DNA from: Candidatus Hermodarchaeota archaeon | Lineage (GTDB): Archaea; Asgardarchaeota; Thorarchaeia; Thorarchaeales; Thorarchaeaceae | Length of the DNA: 64,000 nt | NCBI GenBank assembly: GCA_048885865.1 | Contig: JBHLLF010000018.1 | Coordinates: forward strand, 1 to 64,000 | Reading direction: 5' to 3' | Shown here: one piece after another, positions 27,701-38,326 of the stretch | How the letters are laid out: each line of letters opens with the position of its first letter | Position numbering within the stretch: the first letter of the stretch is position 1 | The notes under the pieces: generated by a model | Seen by the model: the letters and a program-made list of their open reading frames with translations, nothing else | Databases searched by the model: none | What the model was told of the DNA's origin: nothing | Program-made: the position numbers and the translations under genes

Positions 27701-28297
27701 CTACGTTCTCTGAATCCAACTGACAAGTTCAGCCGTCATAGCATTCTCTTTCATGAACTCATCCCGATATTGAGTCCGCTTGAACTGAATCCAGACATGA
27801 TGAAGGCCACCGTCAAAACCTATTATCTTAACAGCATCCTCGATAGGCCCAGGACGAAAGAGCGCATAGGTGATAATTAGGAACGTCGCGAAGATGGCAG
27901 CTGCAAATACCACCCACGGACTCGGACTGCCTCCACTCCAGAACTGGTTGCCAAATGTTAGTAATGATAGAATCAAATAGACCAGAGCCAGGCCATCAAA
28001 AACAATGCAGTACGATTTATACTGTGCCGCACCTTCGTCAGTGTAATGATGATTCTCGCAGACTGGAATTTGGAATATCTTCTTGACCGGCGTTGGCGAA
28101 GTACTTAGTTTCCGACCGTAATATGGAGACACATAGTCGAGGGATGGCCTCAAGGATTTGTATTGGTTCGGAATGATTGTGATTGGCATTAAATCCTCAG
28201 CGGGATCACCGCATATAGGGCACATATCCGGAAACTTCATCCTTTGAGTTTCAGCTCTAACTATCGGCTCCTCGAAAACAACTCTGTCAGGACTCAT
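27701..28297 (-). CDS. Hypothetical membrane protein with a Zn-binding motif
   Basis: FPDMCPICG...PVCENH plus two TM helices. Confidence 0.7.
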   Translation of the reverse strand: MSPDRVVFEEPIVRAETQRMKFPDMCPICGDPAEDLMPITIIPNQYKSLRPSLDYVSPYYGRKLSTSPTPVKKIFQIPVCENHHYTDEGAAQYKSYCIVFDGLALVYLILSLLTFGNQFWSGGSPSPWVVFAAAIFATFLIITYALFRPGPIEDAVKIIGFDGGLHHVWIQFKRTQYRDEFMKENAMTAELVSWIQRT

Positions 28298-28368
28298 TTT
28301 GCCGGATCACTTCTCAATTCGAAAATCGACTCTTCTCTCTAAGAGTGTGTCGAATGGAGTAATAAGTA

Positions 28369-29055
28369 TCAGTCGGAGAATGATTGGGAAGGTGACTCAG
28401 GGTAGAGGAATTTGTGGTCAATAAGCGGGCACAGGATGTCCTTGAAGCCGGGACACCTACTCCATCTCATTCTATACTCGCATGCCTTACACTCTTTCTC
28501 AACTTCAACAACTCTTCGGAATCCCAAGATAAGAACCACAATGAGATAGAGTGAGAAAATCAATGCGAACTTCATCTCTAGGTTTGTCATGAGACCGTCT
28601 GCAAGAAGAATCGCCCAACTGATACAGGCAAATGAAGAGCCTAGAAGCAGCTTCGAGAGAACTTTAAGCTTCTTGTTTTCAGTTAGATGAAGAACGCTCA
28701 TTGCAAATGACACCAGAATGAGAACCACTCCACTCCAGAAGAGAAAGGATCTATCAATCATCATGGGAACTGCAATGGTGGATACAATTAGGAGGCCCAA
28801 CGCCACGAAGAAAGAGAGTGAATTGAAGAAGCACCCAACACACCACTTTCTTCCTCTCAACGCGAAAAGATGAGCCTCATATGCAGTGCAGAAAGGATGG
28901 TGTGATGTCAGAAGAGGGCCAAGCGATCTGAGGAATTTCAAAGGTTGGCAGAGAATGAGCCTCATGTTGAACCTCAGAGGTCCTCGCAATTCGTCCATGA
29001 GGACCTCTTCACAGCGAGTCTTCTCCGGTTTTCCGCCTTCCTCTTCCATCACCAT
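28369..29055 (-). CDS. Hypothetical Cys-containing membrane protein
   Basis: HHPFC..WCVGC, four TM helices, C-terminal CKAC..CPG. Confidence 0.7.
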   Translation of the reverse strand: MVMEEEGGKPEKTRCEEVLMDELRGPLRFNMRLILCQPLKFLRSLGPLLTSHHPFCTAYEAHLFALRGRKWCVGCFFNSLSFFVALGLLIVSTIAVPMMIDRSFLFWSGVVLILVSFAMSVLHLTENKKLKVLSKLLLGSSFACISWAILLADGLMTNLEMKFALIFSLYLIVVLILGFRRVVEVEKECKACEYRMRWSRCPGFKDILCPLIDHKFLYPESPSQSFSD

Positions 29056-29090
29056 TCTACTTCCAAGAGTACCCTAGTCCAGACCGCTGT

Positions 29091-29531
29091 CTACGGGAAT
29101 GAAAATGGAAAGAGGGCAAGGAAGGCTCCTAATCCTCCAAAGAACGTGATGAAGACGAGGATTGCTACAACTATTGAGATGAGCGCTGCAATAATCCACG
29201 CAATGAGGGCTGAGCCCCAGCCAATATCATGGCGCAAGGTCAGGATGTATAGACTGATTATACACCCAAGGCATGGGATGAACGCGGTCAGTATACTGAT
29301 TAGAATCGCTGAGATGGCTGCGTCCATGAAATCAGTGTTAGTGCCTCCAACATATCGCAAAGCCCAACCTAGTATGAGAATATTGACTATAATCATGATG
29401 ATGCCAAAGAGGGCTAGAAATCCCAGCATGGCATAGATTATTCCTATAATCCATTCAAACTGCATTTTACAATCTCCACGAACGAGATGTAATGATTCGT
29501 GAACTACCAAGATAAAAGCGTACTGACTCAC
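29091..29531 (-). CDS. Hypothetical membrane protein
   Basis: Highly hydrophobic; the probable start is MQFEW. Confidence 0.65.
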   Translation of the reverse strand: MSQYAFILVVHESLHLVRGDCKMQFEWIIGIIYAMLGFLALFGIIMIIVNILILGWALRYVGGTNTDFMDAAISAILISILTAFIPCLGCIISLYILTLRHDIGWGSALIAWIIAALISIVVAILVFITFFGGLGAFLALFPFSFP

Positions 29532-29576
29532 GGGTTAGGGCAGGATTCATAACAGGAATGCAATCCCATCGAACTC

Positions 29577-30146
29577 ATGTACTACGGTGAAAAGGTCAAA
29601 CTCCGTGCCTTGGAGATGTCAGATCTGGACAATATCATGAAGGGCTGGAACAACTTTGAGATGCGACGGTTCCTAGCTGGTGCAATTCCCATGTCTCGAG
29701 ATGCAGAGAGAGAGTGGTTGGAGAAAGCATCAAAAGCAAAGCCCTGGCAGGACGGAGCCCTCAATCTTGTCATCGAAGACAAGAAGACTGGCGAGTTTCT
29801 GGGAACGACGGGCATATTTGATATTAGCAAGCAGACGCAAAGGGCCGAATTTGGAATTGCGATTCATAGTCCTGACAATTGGGGTAAGGGCTATGGAACA
29901 GATGCCACCAAGGTTATGCTCTGGATTGGTTTCCACGTCCTAGGACTCAACAGCATCTACCTTTACACAGCCTCATTCAATGAAAGAGGTCAGAAGGCCT
30001 ACGAGAAGGCCGGATTCAAGAGAATTGGCACCTTTAGACAAGCTGACTTCATGGAAGGGCGGTTTCATGATCTCGTAGCTATGGACATTCTCAAGGACGA
30101 GTTCCTCGAGATGTATCCTCCCGGCAAAGTTGTGGGAGAGGCGTAG
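29577..30146 (+). CDS. GNAT N-acetyltransferase (RimJ/RimL family)
   Basis: LRALE, AEFGIAI, WGKGYGT, NERGQKAYEKAGF. Confidence 0.9.
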   Translation: MYYGEKVKLRALEMSDLDNIMKGWNNFEMRRFLAGAIPMSRDAEREWLEKASKAKPWQDGALNLVIEDKKTGEFLGTTGIFDISKQTQRAEFGIAIHSPDNWGKGYGTDATKVMLWIGFHVLGLNSIYLYTASFNERGQKAYEKAGFKRIGTFRQADFMEGRFHDLVAMDILKDEFLEMYPPGKVVGEA

Positions 30147-30148
30147 GG

Positions 30149-31276
30149 CTATAATTGCTGTGCAAGCAGCGACTCTATAGTTCTAACCTCAATACTTGAG
30201 CCAATTGACTTGGCACCATCTGATAGATTTCGCAAGCAGAATGGACATGCAGTTACAAGGATGTCTGCTCCTGCGGACTCAGCTTCTTTGACCCTAAGAG
30301 CAGCCACTGCTATCGCATCTGCTGGTCGGCCGCTTCTGAAGCCCCCACCTGCTCCGCAGCACTTGCTGAATTTTCGGTTCCACTCCATCTCAACCATCTC
30401 TACGCCTGGAATGGCACTCAGAATTCTGCGGGGCTCATCGTAGATCCCAGCATGTCTCCCCAAATGGCATGGGTCGTGATATGTTATCTTTGCATTCAAC
30501 GGCCCAGGGGCTATTCTTCCATCTGAAATTAGCTGGTCTAAAAGCTGAACGCTGTGGATGACTGAGAAGGTATCCTCCTCATCTAGAATTAAAGGGTAGT
30601 AATGCGAAAACATTCTATAGCATCCAGCACAAGAGGCCAAGACCCTATTTCCGTCCCCCTTCAGCATGCGAGTGACTTGCAGAGCTTGTTCGCGCGCCTG
30701 CTTCTGGTCCCCGACTCGATAGACCGGGGATCCACAGCAGATATTCTCAGAGGTCACTCTGAAAGAAACCTCGGCTGCTCTTAGAAGACGCAACATATCA
30801 GAAACTTGTTCCTGCTCGCGATATAGCTCTGTGCAGCCCAGAAAAAGGGTGTAATCAGCGGCTTCTGCACCTAGCTCTGGAACGCTCTCTAGAAACGCTC
30901 GAGCCGCGTCTTGGTTTTCTGCATACGGATTGCCCGATTCTCTAGTCCTTTCGCTAATCTGTTTGTACCCCTCCGGAAGTGAGATGTCAGATTCAAAGAG
31001 TACTCCCTTCATCTCCTGAATTGCTGTACTCTGTTCATATCCACATGCGATGTCGCAGAGACCACAGCTAGTACAGGCAAACACTCGCTCAGCCATAATA
31101 TCGTCTGGTTCTAGACTTCCCTTGAGCCAATGGTAAAGCATTGTCAGCTTACCCTTTGCAGAATAGCTGTCAAGTCTGAGCTGTGAATAGGCAGGACAGT
31201 TCTCTCTGCATAGTCCACAACGAACATGCATACACGCCCGAGCCCACTCATCATACTTCTCTAGTCTTTCAACCAT
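30149..31276 (-). CDS. Fe-S oxidoreductase with CCG domains (GlpC/GlcF/HdrD-like)
   Basis: Two 4Fe-4S motifs, CCG, YHDPCHLGR, CCGAGGG, ACPFC. Confidence 0.9.
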   Translation of the reverse strand: MVERLEKYDEWARACMHVRCGLCRENCPAYSQLRLDSYSAKGKLTMLYHWLKGSLEPDDIMAERVFACTSCGLCDIACGYEQSTAIQEMKGVLFESDISLPEGYKQISERTRESGNPYAENQDAARAFLESVPELGAEAADYTLFLGCTELYREQEQVSDMLRLLRAAEVSFRVTSENICCGSPVYRVGDQKQAREQALQVTRMLKGDGNRVLASCAGCYRMFSHYYPLILDEEDTFSVIHSVQLLDQLISDGRIAPGPLNAKITYHDPCHLGRHAGIYDEPRRILSAIPGVEMVEMEWNRKFSKCCGAGGGFRSGRPADAIAVAALRVKEAESAGADILVTACPFCLRNLSDGAKSIGSSIEVRTIESLLAQQL

Positions 31277-32697
31277 CAGTCAAACCCCCTCTGTCCGCGA
31301 TTCAGGATGTTATTCGGATCAACCAGTGACTTAATGCCAGTAAGCAACTCCCATGCATCACCTAGTTGTTCCCTCACCCAAGGAGCAGATCTCAGACCAA
31401 CTCCATTGGCATTGGAAACACTACCGCCCAATTCTAGTGCGCGGCCATACATTCTCTCTTTGAATTCAAACCACTTCTCAATCTCGCGGGGGACTCTTGT
31501 GTCGATTGGAACACTGAAGTAGATACAGAATGGAATGGGTCCTCGGGGACCCGCGACAATGAATGCACCAAAGTCGACATCAATCCAACCGAACTCCTTC
31601 TTTAGTTCATCACAGAAGTCACTGTATTCCTGAAATCTACTCAGTGGAACACACGCGTCAATAAGGTCCGGTTCGTAATCAGTGTGAGAAAGAGCAAAAT
31701 TGCTCTTGTCAAAGGTTTCTCGATTGATGTTGACAGAATCCCACCATGACTCCGTTACTTCGTCCGACATCCGTACTCCATTCTCCTGCTCACAAGACCT
31801 TGATATCACCTCCAACATCTTCTCCACGAGGTCGGGGTCTCCAGAGCATCCAAAGAGAACAGCCATGGATAACTCCTCGGGAATGGGGGTCTTTGAGCGC
31901 TCCATGTATTGCACCAATGATCTTCTATCGAACGCATAGACCGTTTCAGGCCAGCATCCTGCACCGTGGACCCGTTTACATGCTTCCATTGCGGTGGTAA
32001 TGTCTGAGAAGGCGTAGCTGATTCTGTCACGGATTGCTGGAAGAGGATAGACCTTGAGAACCGCCTCCGTGATTATGCCCAAGGTGCCTTCAGCGCCAAG
32101 AAAGAGGTTCATGAGATTGTGAGATGGAACTGAGAGATAGCTCTTACCGCCTATCCGGACTCTCTTTCCGGTCCCAAGCACCACCTCAATGCCCAGCACT
32201 TGGTCATAGGCATATCCGTATTTGGCTCCAAAGATGCTTATCCCCATACAGCTCAAAGCGCCGCCAATTGTGGAGGAGAGGCAGCTCTCCGGTTGATGTG
32301 TAAAGAACACTCCATGCCTCAGCGCTGCAGCTTGAACCTCTGCCATAGTGACTCCGGCCTGTACCGTGATTGTGAGATTCTCTGGATCAACCTCAAGGAC
32401 TTGGTTCATGCGTTTAGTGTCGAGAACAATACCGCGATGAACTGCAAGGGGATTTCCTGACATACTTGTTCCCGCCCCCCAAGTGTAGAGAGGCACCTCG
32501 AATTCATTTGCCACGCTAACTATCTTCTCTACCTCTTCAACAGATCCAGGTTTTACTATGAGATCAGGAGTATAGTCGTCAGCTATGCCCTCTATAGAAT
32601 AGTCCTTTGAATACACAAGCCGATCACAGATTTCTTCGGTCACATATTTTGGACCTACAATTGACTTGAGCTGTTCGAGCAGTTTGGAGGTTGCCAT
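31276..32697 (-). CDS. FAD-binding oxidoreductase (GlcD/D-lactate dehydrogenase-like)
   Basis: GAGTSMSG, STIGG, GAEGTLGIITE, DPNNILN. Confidence 0.88.
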   Translation of the reverse strand: MATSKLLEQLKSIVGPKYVTEEICDRLVYSKDYSIEGIADDYTPDLIVKPGSVEEVEKIVSVANEFEVPLYTWGAGTSMSGNPLAVHRGIVLDTKRMNQVLEVDPENLTITVQAGVTMAEVQAAALRHGVFFTHQPESCLSSTIGGALSCMGISIFGAKYGYAYDQVLGIEVVLGTGKRVRIGGKSYLSVPSHNLMNLFLGAEGTLGIITEAVLKVYPLPAIRDRISYAFSDITTAMEACKRVHGAGCWPETVYAFDRRSLVQYMERSKTPIPEELSMAVLFGCSGDPDLVEKMLEVISRSCEQENGVRMSDEVTESWWDSVNINRETFDKSNFALSHTDYEPDLIDACVPLSRFQEYSDFCDELKKEFGWIDVDFGAFIVAGPRGPIPFCIYFSVPIDTRVPREIEKWFEFKERMYGRALELGGSVSNANGVGLRSAPWVREQLGDAWELLTGIKSLVDPNNILNRGQRGFD

Positions 32698-32888
32698 TCC
32701 TCATCAGACCTTTATTCAGTATCCACGTTCAATCGACTCCGAGTAATATCAGTATTGAATTGACACCCACCTGAGGGTAACAGTTGTATAGGGGTTGTCC
32801 TCTACGCGGTCATGACGCAAACCCAAAAGCAAGAGGGGTTGCGGACCGTCAGTGAGGTATACACCTTTCATTTCAAGAAGGAGGCTAT

Positions 32889-34898
32889 GTGATGTCGGAT
32901 GACCTTCAAAACCGAGCAATCAATACTATTCGCTTCTTAGCTGCCGATGCTGTCCAGAAGGCAAACTCGGGCCATCCAGGCATGCCAATGGGCGCAGCAG
33001 CCATGGCATATACACTATGGACCAAACACCTGCGCTTCAATCCGCAGAATCCAGATTGGCTGGACCGCGACCGATTCGTACTATCCGGTGGACATGGCTC
33101 CATGCTGCTATATGCACTCCTTCATCTCACAGGATATGACGTATCACTCGATGACATCAAGAACTTCCGACAGTGGGGTTGTCGAACTCCCGGCCATCCT
33201 GAAAACTTCTGCACGCCTGGAGTGGAAGTCACAACTGGGCCTTTAGGTCAGGGTATGAGCAATGCGCTTGGTATGGCTATTGCAGAGAAACATCTAGCAA
33301 CAGTGTTCAACAGACCCGGACATGAAATCGTCGACCACTATACTTACGCGATTGTCACCGATGGGGATTTGATGGAAGGAATCTCATATGAAGCTGCGTC
33401 ATTGGCTGGACACCATCAGCTTGGCAAGCTGATTCTGCTTTATGATGATAATCTCATCTCAATCGATGGTAGTACTGAAGTGACATTCACTGAACATCGA
33501 GGCGCCAGATTTGAGGCGCTTGGATGGCACGTTCAATCAGTCGGAAACGGCAATGATGTTGCTGCAATTGACCAAGCAATTGCAAATGCAAAGAAAGATC
33601 AACGGCCATCAATAATCATGGTCCGCACTCACATTGGTTTTGGAATGCCAAATAAGCAAGACACAGCGAAGGCACATGGGGAGCCTCCGGGCGAGGAGGA
33701 GCTAGAGGCAGCAAAGAAGAACCTTGGATGGCCCTTAGAGCCGCGTTTCCTAATTCCGGATGATGTGTTGCAGCATTTCCGAGATGCCATCACACGGGGA
33801 GCGGAAATGGAAAGGGCGTGGGATGCCAATATGGAGGAATACAGGCAGGAATATCCGAATTTGGCTAAGGAGTTTGAACGTCGAATGTCAGGCAGACTTC
33901 CCAAGGGCTGGGACAAGGACCTTCCAAGCTACGACGCTGATGAAACTGGCGTCGCAACAAGAAATCCATCTGGTGATGTGATTAATGCACTTGCTCCTCA
34001 TCTTCCAGAGCTTTTCGGCGGTTCTGCGGACCTCACCGGCTCAAACAAGACATGGATAAAGGGTCATCCAGCATTTCAGAAGGAAACCCCAGAGGGACGG
34101 AATTTCTTCTTCGGGGTACGTGAACACGCAATGGGTGCAATTGTCAATGGGATGGCAGCCCATGGTGGATTCATACCTTACGGTGCCACATTCTTGATAT
34201 TCTCAGATTACATGCGACCTGCGATTCGAATTTCCGCTCTCTCAAAGCATAGAAGCGTCTGGGTATTTACTCATGATAGCATAGGTGTAGGTGAGGACGG
34301 CCCAACCCACCAGCCGGTAGAGCAATTGGCTGCGTTACGTGCCATACCAGGCATCATAGTTCTTCGTCCTTGCGATGCTAATGAGGTAGTTGAAGCGTGG
34401 AAGATTGCGATAAACCGATCAGGTGGACCCACGCTTATGGCACTGACTCGGCAAAAGATTCCGATTCTTGACCGCAACGCCTACAGTCCTGCAAGTGGAC
34501 TTGCCAGAGGAGCATATGTGCTTGCAGACCTTGGAGAGGCCCCGCCAGATGTTATACTAATGGCCACAGGTTCAGAGGTCGGTCTAATAACCGATGCAGG
34601 GGAAAAGCTATCCGAAGAGGGTGTCAATGTTCGGTTGGTTTCATTCCCAAGCTGGGAATTGTTTGAAGAACAGAGTGAAGCCTATCGCAACTCGATTCTT
34701 CCTCCTGAGGTGAAAGCGCGTCTGGCTGTTGAAGCCGGTAGATCTCAGGGATGGGACCGTTGGGTCGGCGACAAAGGAGCAGTAATGGCAGTTGAGACCT
34801 TCGGTGCTTCCGCTCCGAATGAGATTGTATTCGAGAAGTATGGTTTCACTGTTGAGAATGTCATCAAGCATGTCAGGAAATTAATTGGTCAAGAGTGA
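32889..34898 (+). CDS. tkt: Transketolase (full-length, bacterial type)
   Basis: [41 protein letters not shown]. Confidence 0.97.
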   Translation: MMSDDLQNRAINTIRFLAADAVQKANSGHPGMPMGAAAMAYTLWTKHLRFNPQNPDWLDRDRFVLSGGHGSMLLYALLHLTGYDVSLDDIKNFRQWGCRTPGHPENFCTPGVEVTTGPLGQGMSNALGMAIAEKHLATVFNRPGHEIVDHYTYAIVTDGDLMEGISYEAASLAGHHQLGKLILLYDDNLISIDGSTEVTFTEHRGARFEALGWHVQSVGNGNDVAAIDQAIANAKKDQRPSIIMVRTHIGFGMPNKQDTAKAHGEPPGEEELEAAKKNLGWPLEPRFLIPDDVLQHFRDAITRGAEMERAWDANMEEYRQEYPNLAKEFERRMSGRLPKGWDKDLPSYDADETGVATRNPSGDVINALAPHLPELFGGSADLTGSNKTWIKGHPAFQKETPEGRNFFFGVREHAMGAIVNGMAAHGGFIPYGATFLIFSDYMRPAIRISALSKHRSVWVFTHDSIGVGEDGPTHQPVEQLAALRAIPGIIVLRPCDANEVVEAWKIAINRSGGPTLMALTRQKIPILDRNAYSPASGLARGAYVLADLGEAPPDVILMATGSEVGLITDAGEKLSEEGVNVRLVSFPSWELFEEQSEAYRNSILPPEVKARLAVEAGRSQGWDRWVGDKGAVMAVETFGASAPNEIVFEKYGFTVENVIKHVRKLIGQE

Positions 34899-34908
34899 TG
34901 AAACTCTA

Positions 34909-35562
34909 TTATGACAGTGTCTCTGCAAATTCGGAGATGATTCTCTTCTCGGCTCGTCTTAGTCGTTCTTGCATTGCCACACGCTTGATACCAAGTTTCT
35001 TGCACAACTGGTCAATGCGTGATTTACGAGGCATCTCATAGTAACCTGACTGAAATGCAAGAAGAAATGCTTCTTGCTGTTTCTCCGTTAAAGGGATTCT
35101 AAACGAAGAGGTTGGTTGAGACCTCAGTCGTTTAATACGTACGTGAGGAAACCGTTTTCGAAGTAATCGAATCAACTCTCTCAGGGTATTTTGGGATGGT
35201 GCCAGTATAGTATGATACTGGAGTCCATTTTCCACAATTATTGGAAGACGAGTCATGCACCCACTGTCAAGGATAGTTTCATGTATAGACGCCCTACTCA
35301 GCCTATGGACTACTCTGGTCCAATATGCGTACTGGGACCTATGAAGAATATTCACTTCCTTGATGCTTGCTGAAGACTCAAGGCTCTTGATGTAATTCTT
35401 GATTGCTTCCTCATCACCGATTGAAGATTCGGTAATTCCAAAGCCAGTATCCCCATTTATGGTGACAAGTGTGACACGAACTGGGATTTTGCGAGTTAGA
35501 TCACAGGAGTAGTAATCCTCTGCACCAACCTCAATAGTACACTGAAGGACCATTATATGCAC
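34909..35562 (-). CDS. Bat-like (HTH_10) transcriptional regulator
   Basis: C-terminal LTEKQQEAFLLAFQSGYYEMPRK...ERLRRAE. Confidence 0.88.
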   Translation of the reverse strand: MHIMVLQCTIEVGAEDYYSCDLTRKIPVRVTLVTINGDTGFGITESSIGDEEAIKNYIKSLESSASIKEVNILHRSQYAYWTRVVHRLSRASIHETILDSGCMTRLPIIVENGLQYHTILAPSQNTLRELIRLLRKRFPHVRIKRLRSQPTSSFRIPLTEKQQEAFLLAFQSGYYEMPRKSRIDQLCKKLGIKRVAMQERLRRAEKRIISEFAETLS

Positions 35563-35576
35563 CCGTCTTATGACGG
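35563..35576. promoter_or_regulatory. Near-palindrome CCGTCTTATGACGG, candidate operator
   Basis: Immediately upstream of the HTH_10 gene; 13/14 identical to the site at 59786. Confidence 0.5.
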
Positions 35577-35629
35577 CATCATACTAATTCGTTTCTAATC
35601 AATCTACTGACACGGGTGTATCCGCAGAA

Positions 35630-36583
35630 ATGGAGCCAGCTACTGATGTTGATGTTTCTAGCGAAGTCATGACCACCAAGAGGCACTACAGGGCTGTGGT
35701 AGAGGCTTTCTTTGTCACAGTACTTTGGGCATCTTCTTGGGTCATTATAAAATTCGGTCTCGAGCAGGAGGGAATTCCCCCCATCACATTTGCAGGTCTC
35801 CGATATGCTATTGCAGCTATAATCCTTCTTGTTCTAATACTGTCAAACTCCGCACACCGCTTGTCACTAAAGCAACAGAACAGACGATGGTGGTGGAGGA
35901 TATGTCTCTATGGAATCGTCTTTGTTGCAATCACTCAAGCGGCTCAGTTCATTGGTCTTGACCTACTGGATGCAATACCAGTATCGATGCTACTAAACCT
36001 GACTCCAATTGTTGTGCTTGGTCTGGGCATTGTGTTGCTAAAAGAGATACCAACTAGGACTCAGGCAGTTCTCGTGTTTTTGGTTGTTGCAGGAGCAATG
36101 ATATACTTCTATCCAGTAGACCTTGATCTCTCACAGACCATTGGCCTCATTGTGGTCTTGATCGGCGTATTGGCCAACGCACTCTCATCGATTCTGGGGA
36201 GATCAATCAACAAAGAACAGTCAGCGCCACCTCTGGTGATAACTGGGACTAGTATGACAATAGGGGCAGGTCTGATGGTTGCTACTGGTCTGATTCTAGA
36301 GGGGATGACAATAATAACTCCCACGGCACTCTTGTACATTCTGTGGTTGAGTGTTGTCAATACAGCGCTTGCGTTCACCTTATGGAACAGAGCGATGGAA
36401 ACTCTTCGAGCTGTGGATATCACCGTGATTAATAGCACGATGCTACCCCAGATCGTTGTCCTGTCCATAGTCTTCCTGGGAGAGATGCCTGATCTTCTTG
36501 ATTGGTTTGGCTTAATCCTAATGGCACTCTGTGTGGCTTTGATACAAGTACTTCAAGCAAGACGTATAGCGAACAATAGCTAA
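35630..36583 (+). CDS. DMT/EamA family transporter
   Basis: About 10 TM segments in two EamA repeats; LWASSW, FAGLRY. Confidence 0.9.
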   Translation: MEPATDVDVSSEVMTTKRHYRAVVEAFFVTVLWASSWVIIKFGLEQEGIPPITFAGLRYAIAAIILLVLILSNSAHRLSLKQQNRRWWWRICLYGIVFVAITQAAQFIGLDLLDAIPVSMLLNLTPIVVLGLGIVLLKEIPTRTQAVLVFLVVAGAMIYFYPVDLDLSQTIGLIVVLIGVLANALSSILGRSINKEQSAPPLVITGTSMTIGAGLMVATGLILEGMTIITPTALLYILWLSVVNTALAFTLWNRAMETLRAVDITVINSTMLPQIVVLSIVFLGEMPDLLDWFGLILMALCVALIQVLQARRIANNS

Positions 36584-36590
36584 GATGGAG

Positions 36591-36899
36591 CTAGCTTTCG
36601 CTGCCGTAATATCCCAAGCCTCTGGCTAGTTCCACATATCGCTTCCGGATGGTCGCTTCAGAAACTCCAGAGAACTCTGCTAGAGAGCTCTGCGTCACAC
36701 GATTCTTTGTTAGAATTGCAGCTACGTAGACTGCTGCGGACGCCTGTCCCTTTGGGTTTTGACCTGGGGGAATACCTGCCTCTGCAGCACGCTTCAGTAT
36801 CTCTTTTGCTTTTCTTCCAACAACAGCAGTTAGCTCCAGTTCCTTCAGACATCTGTGGATGAAGGACTCAATGTCGAGTTCGTCAGTATATTCGTTCAT
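36591..36899 (-). CDS. Stand-alone TFB C-terminal cyclin repeat
   Basis: GQNPKGQASAAVYVAA...TQSSLAEFSGVSEATIRKRYVEL matches the second TFB repeat with its BRE-binding HTH. Confidence 0.8.
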   Translation of the reverse strand: MNEYTDELDIESFIHRCLKELELTAVVGRKAKEILKRAAEAGIPPGQNPKGQASAAVYVAAILTKNRVTQSSLAEFSGVSEATIRKRYVELARGLGYYGSES

Positions 36900-37082
36900 G
36901 TAGATTTCCTCACAAAGATTGAATATAAGATGACTGAAAAACCGCGAATACTATTAGATTATCTTTTTATCCCGAAGATTAGACAACTTCCAGCAGGCCA
37001 AGTGGCTGGAAAAGGAGAAATAGCCCTCCATTCTCCAGTCCATATTTCGCGAAAATTCGATGACTTCTTTCTACATTTCTGA

Positions 37083-37316
37083 CTAGGTCTTCCAAGCCGG
37101 TTGAGTACTCATGTATTCATCAGTCTTCTTCTCAGCTGTTGAACGGTCTATTTTCTCACGTTGCATCCAGAAGTTGATCATCCCTTCACGGATCTCATTC
37201 CTAGGCTTGAGAGTTCCTTCACTATCACTGCAATAAACACAAGTCTTGTTGTTCATCTTCCCACCGCCGAAATCCTCAGCTTTAGTCATCGTCATTCCAC
37301 ACGATTCGCATTTCAT
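37083..37316 (-). CDS. Zinc-ribbon domain protein
   Basis: CESCGM..DFGG..CVYC...QPAWK. Confidence 0.82.
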   Translation of the reverse strand: MKCESCGMTMTKAEDFGGGKMNNKTCVYCSDSEGTLKPRNEIREGMINFWMQREKIDRSTAEKKTDEYMSTQPAWKT

Positions 37317-37398
37317 TGGTCATTCACCATATTGATTCCATGAGGAGGAGAAGATAAGTACCAATGTCCACATAGCTATACGTGGAGTTGCATATAGC

Positions 37399-38250
37399 TT
37401 GAAGGTTTCAAAGGATTGGATTAAGGACAGAATTCTCCTCGCTTTGGATCATGCACCCCATCATGGGTATGACTTGCTTTACGCTCTTCCCGGAGAGGCT
37501 AGGGAACTCCAACTGACCACACTCTACCGTTGGCTACATGCCATGGAAACAGAGGGGCTTGTGGAGAGTAGAAAGGAGTCAGGCCCTCATGGACCAGATA
37601 GGCGTGTCTACAGGCTGGGCCCTCGAGGAGAAACAAGGCTGCGAGAGATTCTAAAGGACGCAATTGAGATTGTCCTTCATTTCTACGATGCCTATCGACA
37701 TACGGCAGCAACTTACCTTCATGACGTACTGGATGTGGTGGAAATAGAGAGGATTGAGGGGAGAGTTCTACTGGCATCATTTCCTCTTTTCAAAGAGAGG
37801 GACATGAAAACCGTTGAATATCTAGCAACCAGACACGAAGGGTCACTTCTTGATATCCTTGGAGATACATCAATAATAAAGCGGACTGGAATCAAGTATC
37901 GAGAAATGAAAGGTGACATCTGTGATATAGCATCTCCAAATGAACGGTTTGCAGAGGTCTGGCTGATTGGTGTGCCTGAGAGGAAATCCTTCCCTCAGGC
38001 TATCGCCGAGTGCAAACGCGTCCTGAAAGTTGGAGGAGCGCTCAGAATTATGGCTCCGTTCGTATTCTTTGACGAGCCTACCAAACCCGGACTGGGAGAG
38101 TTCATCCGTGTGACATCAACGCATCTTTATCCCGAGCTGGGAGTGGTTGAAGGTGACGATGTTGGTGCCGTGATAGAAGCCAACTTCACTGAATGTGGAG
38201 CTTATGAAACATTTCCAGGCCTTGTGATTTTCTGGGCGGTGAAGACGTAA
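37399..38250 (+). CDS. PadR-family regulator fused to a degenerate methyltransferase-like domain
   Basis: HGYDL..TLYRWLHAMETEGLV..RRVYRL; C-terminal GDICDI..F..ECKRVLKVGG. Confidence 0.8.
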   Translation: MKVSKDWIKDRILLALDHAPHHGYDLLYALPGEARELQLTTLYRWLHAMETEGLVESRKESGPHGPDRRVYRLGPRGETRLREILKDAIEIVLHFYDAYRHTAATYLHDVLDVVEIERIEGRVLLASFPLFKERDMKTVEYLATRHEGSLLDILGDTSIIKRTGIKYREMKGDICDIASPNERFAEVWLIGVPERKSFPQAIAECKRVLKVGGALRIMAPFVFFDEPTKPGLGEFIRVTSTHLYPELGVVEGDDVGAVIEANFTECGAYETFPGLVIFWAVKT

Positions 38251-38276
38251 GCGATCTTGCGCAACCACTAATCCTT

Positions 38277-38318
38277 AAATAGTACGAAACCGTACTATTT
38301 GGTTCGGTACCGAACTAA
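38277..38318. promoter_or_regulatory. Two tandem palindromic operators (AAATAGTACG-AAAC-CGTACTATTT and TTGGTTCGGT-ACCGAACTAA)
   Basis: Related inverted repeats just upstream of the PNPOx-MarR operon. Confidence 0.65.
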
Positions 38319-38326
38319 TAACCGGG

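Noticed and set aside
32805-32850. Hairpin upstream of tkt (CGCAAACCC...GGGGTTGCG) as a riboswitch
   Set aside because: A single imperfect stem with no recognisable aptamer consensus.
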